Assembly: GCF_021028975.2 (NCBI RefSeq)
Contig: NC_059439.1
Coordinates: 9,362,001-9,426,000 of the forward strand
Direction of reading: 5' to 3'
Source: Sphaerodactylus townsendi
Lineage: Eukaryota
DNA length: 64,000 nt
The translations under genes and the position numbers were made by a program. Under the pieces are notes generated by a model. It saw nothing but the letters and a program-made list of their open reading frames with translations. It made no database searches and was not told where the DNA came from. Shown in pieces: positions 39,655 to 50,541 of the stretch (positions within the stretch are counted from its first letter, which is position 1; every line of letters begins with the position of its first letter).

Positions 39655-40135
39655 CCCTGACCTGAATAGCCTAGGATATCCCTGTCCTATCAGATCTCAG
39701 AAACTTAGCAGGGTCAGCCCTGGCTAGTACTTGGGTGTGAGATCCCCAGGGTAGTCCAGGATAACTCCATAAAGAAGAAGAGTTTGGATTTATATCCCCC
39801 TTTCTCTCCTGTAGGGGACTCAAGGGGGCTTACAAACTCCTTTCCCTTCTCCCCTCACAGCAATCACCCTGTGAGGCAGGTGGGGCTGAGAGAGCTCCGA
39901 AAAGCTGTGACTAGCCCAAGGTCACTCAACTGGAGTGCACAGGCTAATCTGAATTTCCCAGATAAGCCTCCACTGCTCAGGTGGCAGAGTGGGGAATCAA
40001 ACCCAGTTCCTCCAGATTAGAATGCACCTGCTCTTAACCACTACCCACTGCAGACAATGGCAAACCACCTCTGAAAATCTTTCTTGAAAACCCTACAGAG
40101 TCCTTGTAAGTTGTCTGCAACTTGACGGTGCTTTT
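39655..40135 (+). mobile_element. 5S rRNA-derived SINE with RTE-type tail, interrupted by a Squam3-like SINE (39773-40050, minus)
   Basis: CAGATCTCAGAAACTTAGCAGGGTCAGCCCTGGCTAGTACTTGGGTGTGAGA resembles the 5S internal promoter region; the tail GGCAAACCACCTCTG...CTTGAAAACCCTAC resumes after the inserted SINE. Confidence 0.7.
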
Positions 40136-40512
40136 GACCAAGCCTGTTAACACGGGATGGGGAGAGTAATCCCCAAAACTCACACAAATAGAATCAGAAA
40201 GGATTAGCAATGTCAGCTGAAATGTGAGAAGCTGATGGGAATAGCTGATCAAGATATCTGGTAGGCAGGACTCATTGCCCCTCCAAATGAATATTTTAAA
40301 AAGTTTTCAGTGTCTACAAATACACCTGATTTACACTATCAAACAAGGTCCTGGCTGATGGGATGTTTAATGATTCTTCTGTAAAGCAGAATTTGAAAAA
40401 CTCACTTCCAGGTACTAGACCTCTGTAATAATAAAGATGTGGGATGCCACTCCTTCCTTCAGGTTAGAAAGAAATAAGAAAAGCACTGGTACACACAGTG
40501 GATTCTACTTAC

Positions 40513-40739
40513 CACTGCAGCCCCCAGATCCAGACTGGGTGGGTGAAGGTTGACATGGTGACTGTGAATGGCTATGATGTGAGGAAGATACACTTTGGCA
40601 TGAGGTGGAGGATAGGCAGTGGCCTCCACTTCCTCTTCCTCCTCCTCTGCCACCTCCTAACTCTGCGCCTCTTCCTCCAGAACTGCTACCACCTCCGCTT
40701 ATTCCAGAACCTCCTCCTCCTCCTCCTGATATACAGGAT
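40513..40739 (-). CDS. Keratin B exon 7 (tail: Gly/Arg-rich then Ser/His/Cys/Pro-rich)
   Basis: Pyrimidine tract plus AG acceptor; phase 2 joins exon 6 in frame: (A)SCISGGGGGGSG...GRGGGRGSGGHCLSSTSCQSVSSSHHSHSQSPCQPSPTQSGSGGCS; donor G|GTAAGT. Confidence 0.85.
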
Positions 40740-41963
40740 CTTTAATACATGAGAGAGAGAAAATGGATACTGCATTTGCTTTGAAACAGACAGGAAGAAA
40801 GAAATAAAACACATGATTGTGGTGTCCCTGGTCCATCCAATAACCAGACTCAATTGATAATGAAATCTTTTTATTGAAAGACAGGTTCCAGGTATGATGC
40901 ATGTTAAAGGTCCAACCAACCAAGCCATTATTGGCATACAGGACGATACAAATAGAATACAAAAACAAATTTAAAATGATCCCCAAAGAAAGTAATAATA
41001 GAGAATCACTTAATAACATAGTGACACTACAAAATTAAGAAATGTTAAAGGTCTTTTTGACAAGACTACTTTTTGGTGCTCGAACCCCCTAAATATACAT
41101 ATCCACTTCTCCTGCCACTGCTAAGCAATCCAGCCCCTCTTATCTGCAATGTCCAAGCAACCCAGTCCCTCCTGGTCATTACTCAAGTGTTGCAAGGTTC
41201 CCAGACAGAACATGTATCTTATTGCTATACTGGAGGTTCTTTGCAAGTGAGTTTGCATAGTGAGCTTGCAAGCAAAGCAGCATTCCAGCAGAAAGTGAAA
41301 GTAATCAAGAGAGAACAATTAACAGTTATCATAACAATTCAGGGACAAAGATGCCACATCTTATCCTGGAATCATCCATGCTATTAAGTGAATAGGGGAG
41401 TAATATACAAGATAGCAGGACTTGGTGAAAAATATCCTACAAAGAAGAAACTGATACTGTCAGTATAAGGGTTGGGTCCTTGTTGGTTTCTCAGAGCCCC
41501 TCGGGGATGGGGCGGTCTACAAATCCAAACAATAAATAAATAAATAAAAATCTCAGGACTCTCAGGAAAAAAATTAAGATTGAAAATCTCCCCTTTGACA
41601 AAAATCTTTCAGCTCTTAGACAAATTGCAAAGTTTTGTACCTGTGCATAAAGTTTTCCAGATACTACGATTGAAGATAAATAAGGAATCTACAGGCTTAT
41701 TTTTAGGTTTTTTTAAAAAGCAATGCCATTCTTATAACTGTAGTAATGGTTTTTAATATTTTCACTGTCTGTTTTATGATTTTTAAACTGCATATATGGT
41801 TTTGTAAGTACCTTATGCTATACGTAGTGCTCCTTTTTATGGCCAGGTGCTGCATTAAAATATTTTGTTGTTGCTTTTGTAGTTGTTGTTTTTACTCTTT
41901 GAAGCATCAACAAGCACATTCTATAGACTACTTGAAAGAGGGACATTCGTAACATCTACTTAC

Positions 41964-42187
41964 GCAAGGTGCTTTCCCTCCTCAAGCAACTGGTGGTATT
42001 GACAGATTTCCTGCTCCAGACAGCCCTTAATGCCGAGAAGTGTCTGATACTCCTGGTTCTGCTGCTGTATCTCGCACTTGATACCCGCCAGCTCGGCTTC
42101 CATCGGCTCAATCTGGGTTGCTATCTGTTGCAGCTGCACGTTGTAGAGATTTTCTGTATCTTTCAGGTTGTTCTGCAGAGACTGGAG
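41964..42187 (-). CDS. Keratin B exon 6 (end of coil 2, helix termination motif)
   Basis: 224 nt, acceptor GACAG|CTC, donor GC|GTAAGT; LQSLQNNLKDTE...QNQEYQTLLGIKGCLEQEICQYHQLLEEGKHL. Confidence 0.92.
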
Positions 42188-42522
42188 CTGTCATGGAGAG
42201 ATAAACAAAAAGTTTTCAAAGGCTGGGGGAACAAACATAGGCCTGTTCCACAAAGTGCTAAGCCTGTTTCCACTTTACATCAAGGCTGGTGGACCCCTAA
42301 CATTATCAGTGTACGCAGACAACTGGATGATGGGAGTAGGGAGAAAAGAGTTCTAGGTTAGCCTTCCCCTTAACATGCCAGGGTTGTCGTTGTTTTTGGT
42401 GAAAAGTTTTCTTTTATATGTGGAAGAGGAACAATTCCATCATGTAAACTCCATCATCAGTGTGAAGTGGTACAGTCCAGACACAAGTTTGCTACCTCAG
42501 TAGTGTTTGGCAAGAACTAGAC

Positions 42523-42670
42523 CAGGAGTCTTCAACCTGCGGCTCTCCAGATGTTCATGGACTACAGATCCCATCAGCCCCTGCCAGGATGGCCAATTGG
42601 CTATGCTGGCAGGGGCTGATGGGATCTGTAGTCCATGAACATCTGGAGAGCCGCAGGTTGCAAACCCCTG
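42523..42670. mobile_element. Palindromic hAT (Charlie-like) MITE in keratin B intron 5
   Basis: 148-bp inverted repeat with a perfect 8-bp TSD AACTAGAC (42515-42522 and 42671-42678). Confidence 0.9.
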
Positions 42671-44020
42671 AACTAGACCTTCGAATCAGTAGAAGGAACT
42701 AGAGAGTCATCTGATGCACCCTTCTCCAAGGAGGCTGTTCCACAAATATATCTAAGAGGCAGATTAACCCACATAATCCAAACGACATTGGGATTTTGTG
42801 CACTTATTGTCTAATGTGGCTGTGTGCTTTGCGATGGGGTTTCCCCACAGTTTTCTGTTTAAAAGGGAAGTCTCCTGCTATGAAGTGTCCCCAGCTGCAA
42901 CAGACTGATATGCCATTTTGCCTGTCCCCCACTTCCTTTCCTTTCTGTGGAACCTCCCCCTGGGGAGGTTGCCTGCTACCTTTGGGGAGGGGAGGGGGAG
43001 GGTGTTGTCTTTACAGTGCAATCCAGAACACACTTGCTCCAGTCTAAACCTACTGAAGTCAATGGGCTTAACTTGGAATAACTCTGTTCTGGATTGCACT
43101 GTTAGTCTATTGATAATTCAATAGACCAGGTCAATTTCACTGGTCTACTGAATTATTGATAGACCAACAGCATGGAAATAAAAAGAACAATGTGGCAAGA
43201 AGAGCTATTGAGTAAGCAGGGGAAGGTAGGGAGGAGTGAGAAAACCAAAGGAAGAGAAACGCATCCTGATTCCCTTCACAGGGAAAGCAAAGGGGGAGGA
43301 AAAGTGTTTTACCAGGTTTCAGAAACCACAGAGCTTCTCTGATCTGAGGCATGGTGAGTTTGGAAGAGTCCAAAACGAATGCATAACCAAGAATCTAACC
43401 TGGAGGGAATGTACACTCACTGCCAGGCAGACAACAACTGCACAAATACCCCAGTAAAACGAGAGCAGCTGAAGGTCTTGATAGTTGGCTTTTATGCTGT
43501 GATTTATTACTTTATTTTAGTGCTTTAGCATATGCCACTTTCTGCACACGCGCGGAAACGCACCTCCACCGGCATTAATTTCTGCACACGCGCGGAAACG
43601 CACCTCCACTGGCACCGACTTTCCCCTCAGCCAGAGAGGCAGCTCCGTATGGAGCCGCCTCCAGTCGCCCCCCCGCCACTCACTGTCCCATCCAGCGTCG
43701 CTCTGGAGGGCTGCAAGGGGAGCCGTAACAAGTTTGTGGGGCATCTTTCCAACCATCCATGGTCAAAGCATGATGTCTGGATGATGCTGTTGTCCACATG
43801 TATTGAGAACAAACTCTGTAATCTTCTGTGTCATTGCCGAATGAGGGAGTCTACATACCTATTCTGCTATTAGCGCGGTACCACACCCAGAATAGAAATT
43901 AGTTCCAGGCAATAACTGGAACTGGGTATCACTGAAGACTACCATGCAGAATTCGGATATCAGATCCAAAATTAGGCTGCTGTGGGTTTTTCAGGTTGTA
44001 TGGCCAAAATTGTCACGTAC

Positions 44021-44146
44021 CATGCTGAGGTGGGACTGCAGTTCGATCTCCAGGGTTTGATATTCTCGTCTGAGGTCTGCAGCTTCTTTCTGGCAGCTGT
44101 CAATCTCCTGGGAGCTCAAATTCACTTGTTGGCGCACCTCGTCCAT
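44021..44146 (-). CDS. Keratin B exon 5 (coil 2)
   Basis: Canonical 126 nt, AG/GT; MDEVRQQVNLSSQEIDSCQKEAADLRREYQTLEIELQSHLSM. Confidence 0.92.
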
Positions 44147-44317
44147 CTGGAAAATGCAAACAGAGACCCATAATGAAGTCCCTGCACATGTGCAGAGATT
44201 CCACAACAAAACCATCCCAAAATGTTACCAGCCTTATTGTTCCAGGGGATCCCCAGGTCCCAACTGGAGGGAGGCATTCCTTGTCCAAACCAAAAGCTAA
44301 AAACAAGCCACAAGCCT

Positions 44318-44410
44318 TGTGATGCCTTTTACCATGGCTAACCAAAATGACACAAAACAGCATGGAAGCTTTTGAGTTCTACAGAACTCTTCATCAGGTT
44401 GGATGTTAGA
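44318..44410 (-). mobile_element. Penelope-like remnant with degenerate minimal hammerhead core
   Basis: Minus strand reads CTGATGA-A-GAGTTCT-GT-AGAACTC-AAAAGCTT. Confidence 0.5.
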
Positions 44411-44686
44411 AAACAAACTGAATGTTTTTTGGGGGGGATTTTAGACATTTTTTTTTGGGGGGGGGAGATATTTAATGTCCTCTCATAGACATCCAGTGTA
44501 AATAAGTCCTGCTACACACACCTTCCCCTCAACCAGTCTTGTGGCAGTCAAAAGGGAACCCATTGGTAGACTGTGCTACACTAGAAATCAGGAATCTTGC
44601 CCCTTGACACATTAGCCAGACGGCCAGTGGATGCTCCCCAACCCAAGCAGGCTTTTGCACTATTTATGCTCTTCTGAGAATCTCAC

Positions 44687-44845
44687 CTTGCTTTCATACC
44701 AAACTTCAACCTCCTTCCGGTTGTCCACAATGATCTGTTCATATTCACACCTCATCTCATCCAGTTGCTTTTTCAGATCGGGGCCAGAATTCGAATTGAC
44801 CTCCACTGTGACGTCCCCACCAGACTTCGATTGTGCGCTCATTAT
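44687..44845 (-). CDS. Keratin B exon 4 (linker L12, start of coil 2)
   Basis: 159 nt, phase 0/0, AG/GT; IMSAQSKSGGDVTVEVNSNSGPDLKKQLDEMRCEYEQIIVDNRKEVEVWYESK. Confidence 0.92.
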
Positions 44846-45269
44846 CTGCAGGCCCCAAAACACCCACCAAATATGAACCATTGCTGAGTCAGTACAGACC
44901 TCGAAGGCATGTTTCCTTAGCTTCTAATCCTGTTCTAACCAGGCACAAAGAAGATGTTAATGCAAAGCTTTGATACCTGGAAACCCACAAATGATTTGGG
45001 GAATCATTACCTACAATGTGCAGTTAACCTTATCCCCAAAACAGTCCCCCAAAACATTAACGGGATCCCAGACCGCAAGACACATAGTTAGCTGTCTAGG
45101 TGACCTTGGATCAGAGGCTTTCTCAGTGTAACCTGCCTCACCGGGTTGTTTTAAGGATAAAATAGAGGAAATTGTAAACCACTTTGGATCCCCAATGGGA
45201 AGAAAAATAGGATATAAATATCAAAATACTATACCCTTTCTTTTATATCTGGTAAACAAATATGCTGCC

Positions 45270-45497
45270 ACAGGAGCTGGTGATGGCCACTAAACCTGAA
45301 TAACTTTAAAAGGGGCTTGGACAGATTTATGGAGAAGTCGATCTATGGCTACCAATTTTGATCCTCCTTGATCTGAGATTGCAAATGCCTTAGCAGACCA
45401 GTGAGCTCCCAAAGGCATCTGGTGGGCCACCGCGAGTGGCAGAGTGCTGGACTAGGTGGACTCTGGTTTGATCCAGCAGGCTGTTCCTTATGTTCTT
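45270..45497 (+). mobile_element. CR1 LINE 3' end
   Basis: TTTAAAAGGGGCTTGGACAGATTTATGGAG...GCTGGACTAGGTGGACTCTGGTTTGATCCAGCAGG...TTATGTTCTTA; a decayed copy lies at about 26490-26712. Confidence 0.75.
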
Positions 45498-45642
45498 AAA
45501 TAAATAGGTGCTGTATTATGGAATAAAGATTTAAAAACCCTGGGCAGAGAGAAAGTGGTATGTATTCATAGATCCTGCTGTACATATTCATTTTTAAAAC
45601 CACAAATTTCATTCCAGGAAGGGGTCCATGGGAAGATCCTAC

Positions 45643-45799
45643 CTCTTCTTGGTTCTTCTTGAGATGAATCAGCTCCTCGTGCAAAGACTCGTATTGCATT
45701 TCCAGGTCAGATTTATCCAAGGTCAACTTATCCAAAAGTGGACGTAATCCGTTAAGATCAGCCTCCACATTTTGACGCAGGCCACATTCAGTCTCGTAT
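45643..45799 (-). CDS. Keratin B exon 3 (coil 1B)
   Basis: Canonical 157-nt exon with AG/GT boundaries; [61 protein letters not shown] is as in KRT9. Confidence 0.93.
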
Positions 45800-46032
45800 C
45801 TAATACAGAAGCAAAACAGACAAGCTGGCTAGTCTCAAAGCCTGTAATTGTGCTATTGACAATTTTTAAAATATGCAACAAAACACTGTGGCTGCCAACA
45901 TTACTTTTTGTCTTGTTTTACTGTTCACATTTTTATTTTTACAAATCACTTTTAATAGCTTTCTTTTTTTTATTTTAATGCTTTGGTGATGGCCTTCCAG
46001 TTTCCTTTGGATACATCAGCGATTCCTATCAT

Positions 46033-46290
46033 TAGGGTGTTGTGGGTTTTCCGGCTTGTATGGCTGTGTTCCAGAAGTATTTTCTCCTGATGTTTTGCCT
46101 GCATCTGTGACTGGCATCTTCTGAAGATGCCAACTCGCTCCTCCTATCACTTCAGTTCTTATTTAATTCATGGCAATAGCTAATTCAGATGCAGGCAAGA
46201 CATCAGGAGAAAATGCTAGTGGAACATGGCCATACAACCCGGAAAACCCATGACACCCTAGTGATTCTGGCCGTAAAAGCCTTTGACGAT
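46033..46290. mobile_element. Penelope-like inverted terminal-repeat remnant (other pieces about 17233-17330 and 51225-51340)
   Basis: TAGGGTGTTGTGGGTTTTCCGG...GCATCTTC is mirrored by GATGCAGGC...CCCGGAAAACCCATGACACCCTA. Confidence 0.65.
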
Positions 46291-47042
46291 TCCTATCATG
46301 GTTGTCATGATGCTCCCTTGATTTCTCTCCAAAGAGTAATCCTGGCTTTCTTCCACTTCATGGAGTAGGAGATGCTTCAGAAACACCCAAGGAATATCAC
46401 TTTTGTGTCTGCAAAAGAGCAGCCATTCTTAACATTTTGTGGAACCTATAATCTTTTGGGGATTAGGCTTACCCCATAACAAGATTTTGTGATTGGTACC
46501 AGCCTCTTTGGCAGCCTACCTGTCCTCAACGTTCTAAAACCACCCACGGGTTCAACAAGGTTGGGGACCCCTTGGGTATATTTGAGAGTTCCCCTGCATT
46601 TGCCAGAATGCAGTAAGTAATTTTGCTGAATTGTAAATGAATTGATTTGCAAAGAATGTTACTTCTGTATGACTGTCATGCTGAAATATTACCTGGAGGT
46701 GGTCCTCCCACCCAGCAAGCGTGGAAACAAAACATTTCTATCACTTCAGTTGTTATTTAATTCACTACAAAACTGAAGTCTTCCAAACCATTCCTTAGCT
46801 ATTGTTGATGAACTTCTGATCATTTTTTAGTTGTTGGTGCTGGGGGGTTAGTAGAGGATCAAAGGCATCTTCAGAGGAACTATGGTTGCTAGAAAGCACG
46901 GAACTGTTGCATGTTTTTGACTCTACTGAAGCTTTATCCTTCTTCAGTCGACCTGCCTTCAGTTCCCCCCTGCCTACTTCCGTCATATTAAGTTTGTGAG
47001 CAGTAAGAAAGTGGTAAATAACTGAAAAGACAGTGGATTTAC

Positions 47043-47125
47043 TTCATCTTGAAGTCATCGATGGCCATCTTGGTGTTATCGATGTCCAACATGACTTTGT
47101 TCATCTCCTGTGCCTCACTAATCAG
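47043..47125 (-). CDS. Keratin B exon 2 (coil 1B)
   Basis: Canonical 83-nt type I keratin exon with AG/GT boundaries; encodes LISEAQEMNKVMLDIDNTKMAIDDFKM(K). LDIDNT.M is KRT9-like. Confidence 0.92.
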
Positions 47126-47574
47126 CTGCAAGACAGAATAAAGCAAAGATTATTATGAAAGTTTCAGAATATTATGTTTTCCCCAGTGGTACAATGGAAA
47201 TGCCCATCCCGATATATTTATTTTTAATCATGAATCAAAAGCTAACGTTCTGGCGACTCCACAGGAAGTATCCAGTTTGGTTGTAAAGACCATGCTTGGA
47301 TCCAGAGCAGAGATTCGGTAAGAATTTCTGCTTGTGGAGTATGTCTTTCTAGCCTCACTGAGAAATACAGGGCAGATCACAGAGGGGATAGAGCAGAGAC
47401 TCACACTCTGCCCACGTCCTTGCACCTCTAAATGTGCATGCACCAGATCAAAAATCCACAGATCTGGGCAAAGCTCTTCAGAATGAATGCAGCAGCTGTG
47501 TGGGGTTGCTCTCCTGCTATTGCAGTTGATCTCCAGATGACCAAGTGGAGGAGGAGGAGAGGAGGAGGAGCAGG

Positions 47575-47813
47575 AGCTTGGATTCATACCCCGCCTTTCT
47601 CAAACATAAAGAGTCTCAAAGTGGCTTATAAACTCCTTTCCCTTCCTCTCCCCATAACAGACACTCTGTCAGGGAGGTGGGGCTGAGAGAGTTCAGAGAG
47701 AACTGTGACTGGCCCAAGGTCACTCAGCAGGCTTCATGTGGAGGAGCAAGGAAACAAATCATGTTCTCCAGATTAGAGTCCAACTGCTCTTAACCACTAT
47801 ACCACGCTGGCTC
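47575..47813 (-). mobile_element. Squam3-like SINE (older subfamily) in keratin B intron 1
   Basis: GTGACTGGCCCAAGGTCACTCAGC core and CTCTTAACCACTATACC head complement. Confidence 0.78.
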
Positions 47814-48730
47814 CAACCCCCCTGGACAAAATGAATGTCATTATATCCTAGACAACTTTGGGTTTTAACATTTTTTAAAATGTTGCTGTGAAGTCAGCAT
47901 AGCATATATGCTATAGTAATATGTATTAATAGTAATGCAGCAGTAACTGTACAGTGAGAATACAGAGAATTAGGATCAAACTATAATCTCCTGATTTAAA
48001 AAAAAGTTAATAGCATCTATGGGTGGATGCAAATTGGGTCAGGTCCAGGATCACACAGAGATGCCATATTTTAAAATGAAACTAAAGCTCCTAATGTAAA
48101 ATGTCCTGCATATCCTGAGGTTTCATTTGCATTAACTGACAGAAAAGGCTATTGTTGCAAGAAGCAGGTTCGTGTATAAAACATGAGGACTCCCAAGAGT
48201 TCCACAATCTACTATGACAAGAATTATTCATTCAGAACCTCCTCTGATTATGCCTATTCTGGAGCAAAACTTTAAGGGCTGCAAAATGTGTTCCCTTTGT
48301 GTTTGCAGATGCATATCTGTTCTCTGTAGACCTAACTCTGTGCCTGCAGATAATCCTACCCTCTTGAAGAAAGACTAAAAAAGGAGCTCTTACATTGAAA
48401 TTAAAGGAGCTCTTCCGGTTTTACATATATAAGTTCTGTCAAGGTTGTGAGAGGCTGAGCTGGGTTGCCAATTTCCCCTTTCTGTAGAGTCTTCCTTGGT
48501 GCCCCTCCCATCCAAGTGCTGACCCTGTTTAGCATCCAAGATGGAGTCATATGCCGCTTTCTCTCCCAGAAGCCATTTCAGCTCAGTGCAATATGTAGGC
48601 CTGGGGGAGGAGGGGAATGCAATGTTTCTAGTCTGAAGGCCAGACAGATGATGGGCAATTGACTGGAGTTCATCTCTTGCCACTTGCTCATCCACTTCTT
48701 GATCTCTTTACTACATAGTAAATTCACTAG

Positions 48731-49963
48731 GGCTGATTCTGCACAGGCAGCAACGAGTTCATGGAATCCATTTCTGCTGCCTCTGCTGCCATTACCCCTC
48801 AAAGGTAATGAGTTAGCTCCCACTGGAAACAATGGGGGATAGGGGCAGCCCCTCTGGAGGTCCATAACTTTGGACTCCCTAAACAAAACTACACCAAACC
48901 TGGGTGGTATCATCAGGACAGTCTGCAGATGAGATGCTGAATTTTGCTGCCACTAACTTTAAAAATGCACCCCTGCAGGCCAAAACATGAAAAAACACAA
49001 AAAATACCCCCCAAAAATCAGATGAACCCAAATTTTTTGGGTATACCCGAATATTCGGGTATATCCGAATATGTTATTTGTCTTATGTTATTTGTCTTAT
49101 ATGTGGACAAATACTTAATTAGCAGAGTTAATGCAATAATGAGGCAGAGACCAGTTGCTTTACTGAAATAAAGTTTACTTACTACAGGGAAGGGAAACTT
49201 GGAAGAAAAACAATAAACATCTTTCTTACTAGCTAGCACCAACAGCCAGCTTGCTGCTTAAACTATTACACGGTTACTAAGCTATAGACTGAACTGACCA
49301 CGTGCAGAATGCAACACAAAGAAGATATATCTAAAGCTTACGTGCAGACCTGCATGTAGCCCGCCCAACCAATAGGAATCAATTACCTGGTCACTGACTT
49401 CTGACCTCACTAACTAATTAGCATGCAACAATTAACTCCTTCATTACTGGATTGTGTTACTGGCACTTGCCAAATCCCATCATATGGGCATAAAGATAAT
49501 TTTGTGCCCAAATAAATCAAAATCTGAATTTTACCACATTTCTAGGGTTAGCATGGAAACACCAAGAATCCCCCCACCCAATAATACACCCCCAAGAATT
49601 CCCCCACCCGAGAATCGCTTCCGACCCAAGAATCTCCCCACCTACCTGCCTGGTATGGTGGCCGCCTATTAGAGTATCCCCTCTAATGGTGGCCACCTGA
49701 GAAATCCACCATAATAGTGGAGGGAAGGGGGGTGGGGATTGAATCTTTTCTCCTTGCCATAGTTCACACAGGCAAGTAGGAAGCATTTGCAACCTGGGTT
49801 AATTTTAAAAAGGCACTAAATTAGCGATTTTCATTTAACCTGGGTTCTGGCCACTAAAAAGGGTTAACAGCATTTTGGGGGTGAGTTCTATGGGAACTCC
49901 TCACAAAAAAAAGCTTTTAGAAAGAGCTTAAATCCATTTTATTTGGCCCATGCAGAATCACCC
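48731..49963. mobile_element. Harbinger-type non-autonomous element with nested insertions
   Basis: TIRs GGCTGATTCTGCA / TGCAGAATCACCC; 3-bp TSD TAG at 48728-48730 and 49964-49966. Confidence 0.72.
49104..49482. mobile_element. Probable solo LTR
   Basis: TG...CA termini and 4-bp TSD TATG; it interrupts the repeat that is contiguous at 32060-32115; contains CCAAT, TATA-like and AATAAA motifs. Confidence 0.45.
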
Positions 49964-50034
49964 TAGATGCACTTAGATCTTTAGCAAAGGCACTTTCTCA
50001 CAGTTATAACAAAGATGGAAAGAATATGTCCTAC

Positions 50035-50541
50035 CTCCTCAATGAGCATGTCAATCTCACTGTAATAATGGTTGTAGTCCTTTGGTGAAGTACTTTTCCC
50101 ATGCTTCTGGTACCAGTTGCTGATTAAATGCTCAAACTGATTGTTCTCTGCTTCCAAATCTCGTACTTTGTCCATGTAACAGGCCAAGCGGTCATTGAGG
50201 TTCTGCATGGTAGACTTTTCATTGCCGGAGAGCAACCCACCATCTTCCCAACCTCCTCCAAAGCCACCTCCGCCAAAGCCACCTCCGCCAAAGCTGCCAC
50301 CAAAACTGCCGCCACTAAATCCTCCAGGTGCATGGTGGCATATCCCCCCTCCAGAATTACATCTGGATATTCCGCCACCACAATTCCCACCAGAAACCCC
50401 TTGGCTGCTGCTCACAGAACAGGACCCGCCTCCACCACTACTACCACCACAAGTTCTTCCATTACTGTTCTTTCCACCACCATTACCACCACCGCTGCTA
50501 GAGCAGCTTGTTCTCTGCTTAAAGCTATTGCTGCTGCTCAT
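50035..50541 (-). CDS. Type I keratin gene B (KRT9-like, Cys-enriched), exon 1
   Basis: MSSSNSFKQ...[26 protein letters not shown]...IDMLIEE; phase-0 donor GAG|GTAG at 50035/50034; 507 nt. Confidence 0.95.

Noticed and set aside
39672-39770. 5S rRNA gene
   Set aside because: It is partial and diverged, with a non-5S leader and a retroposon tail.
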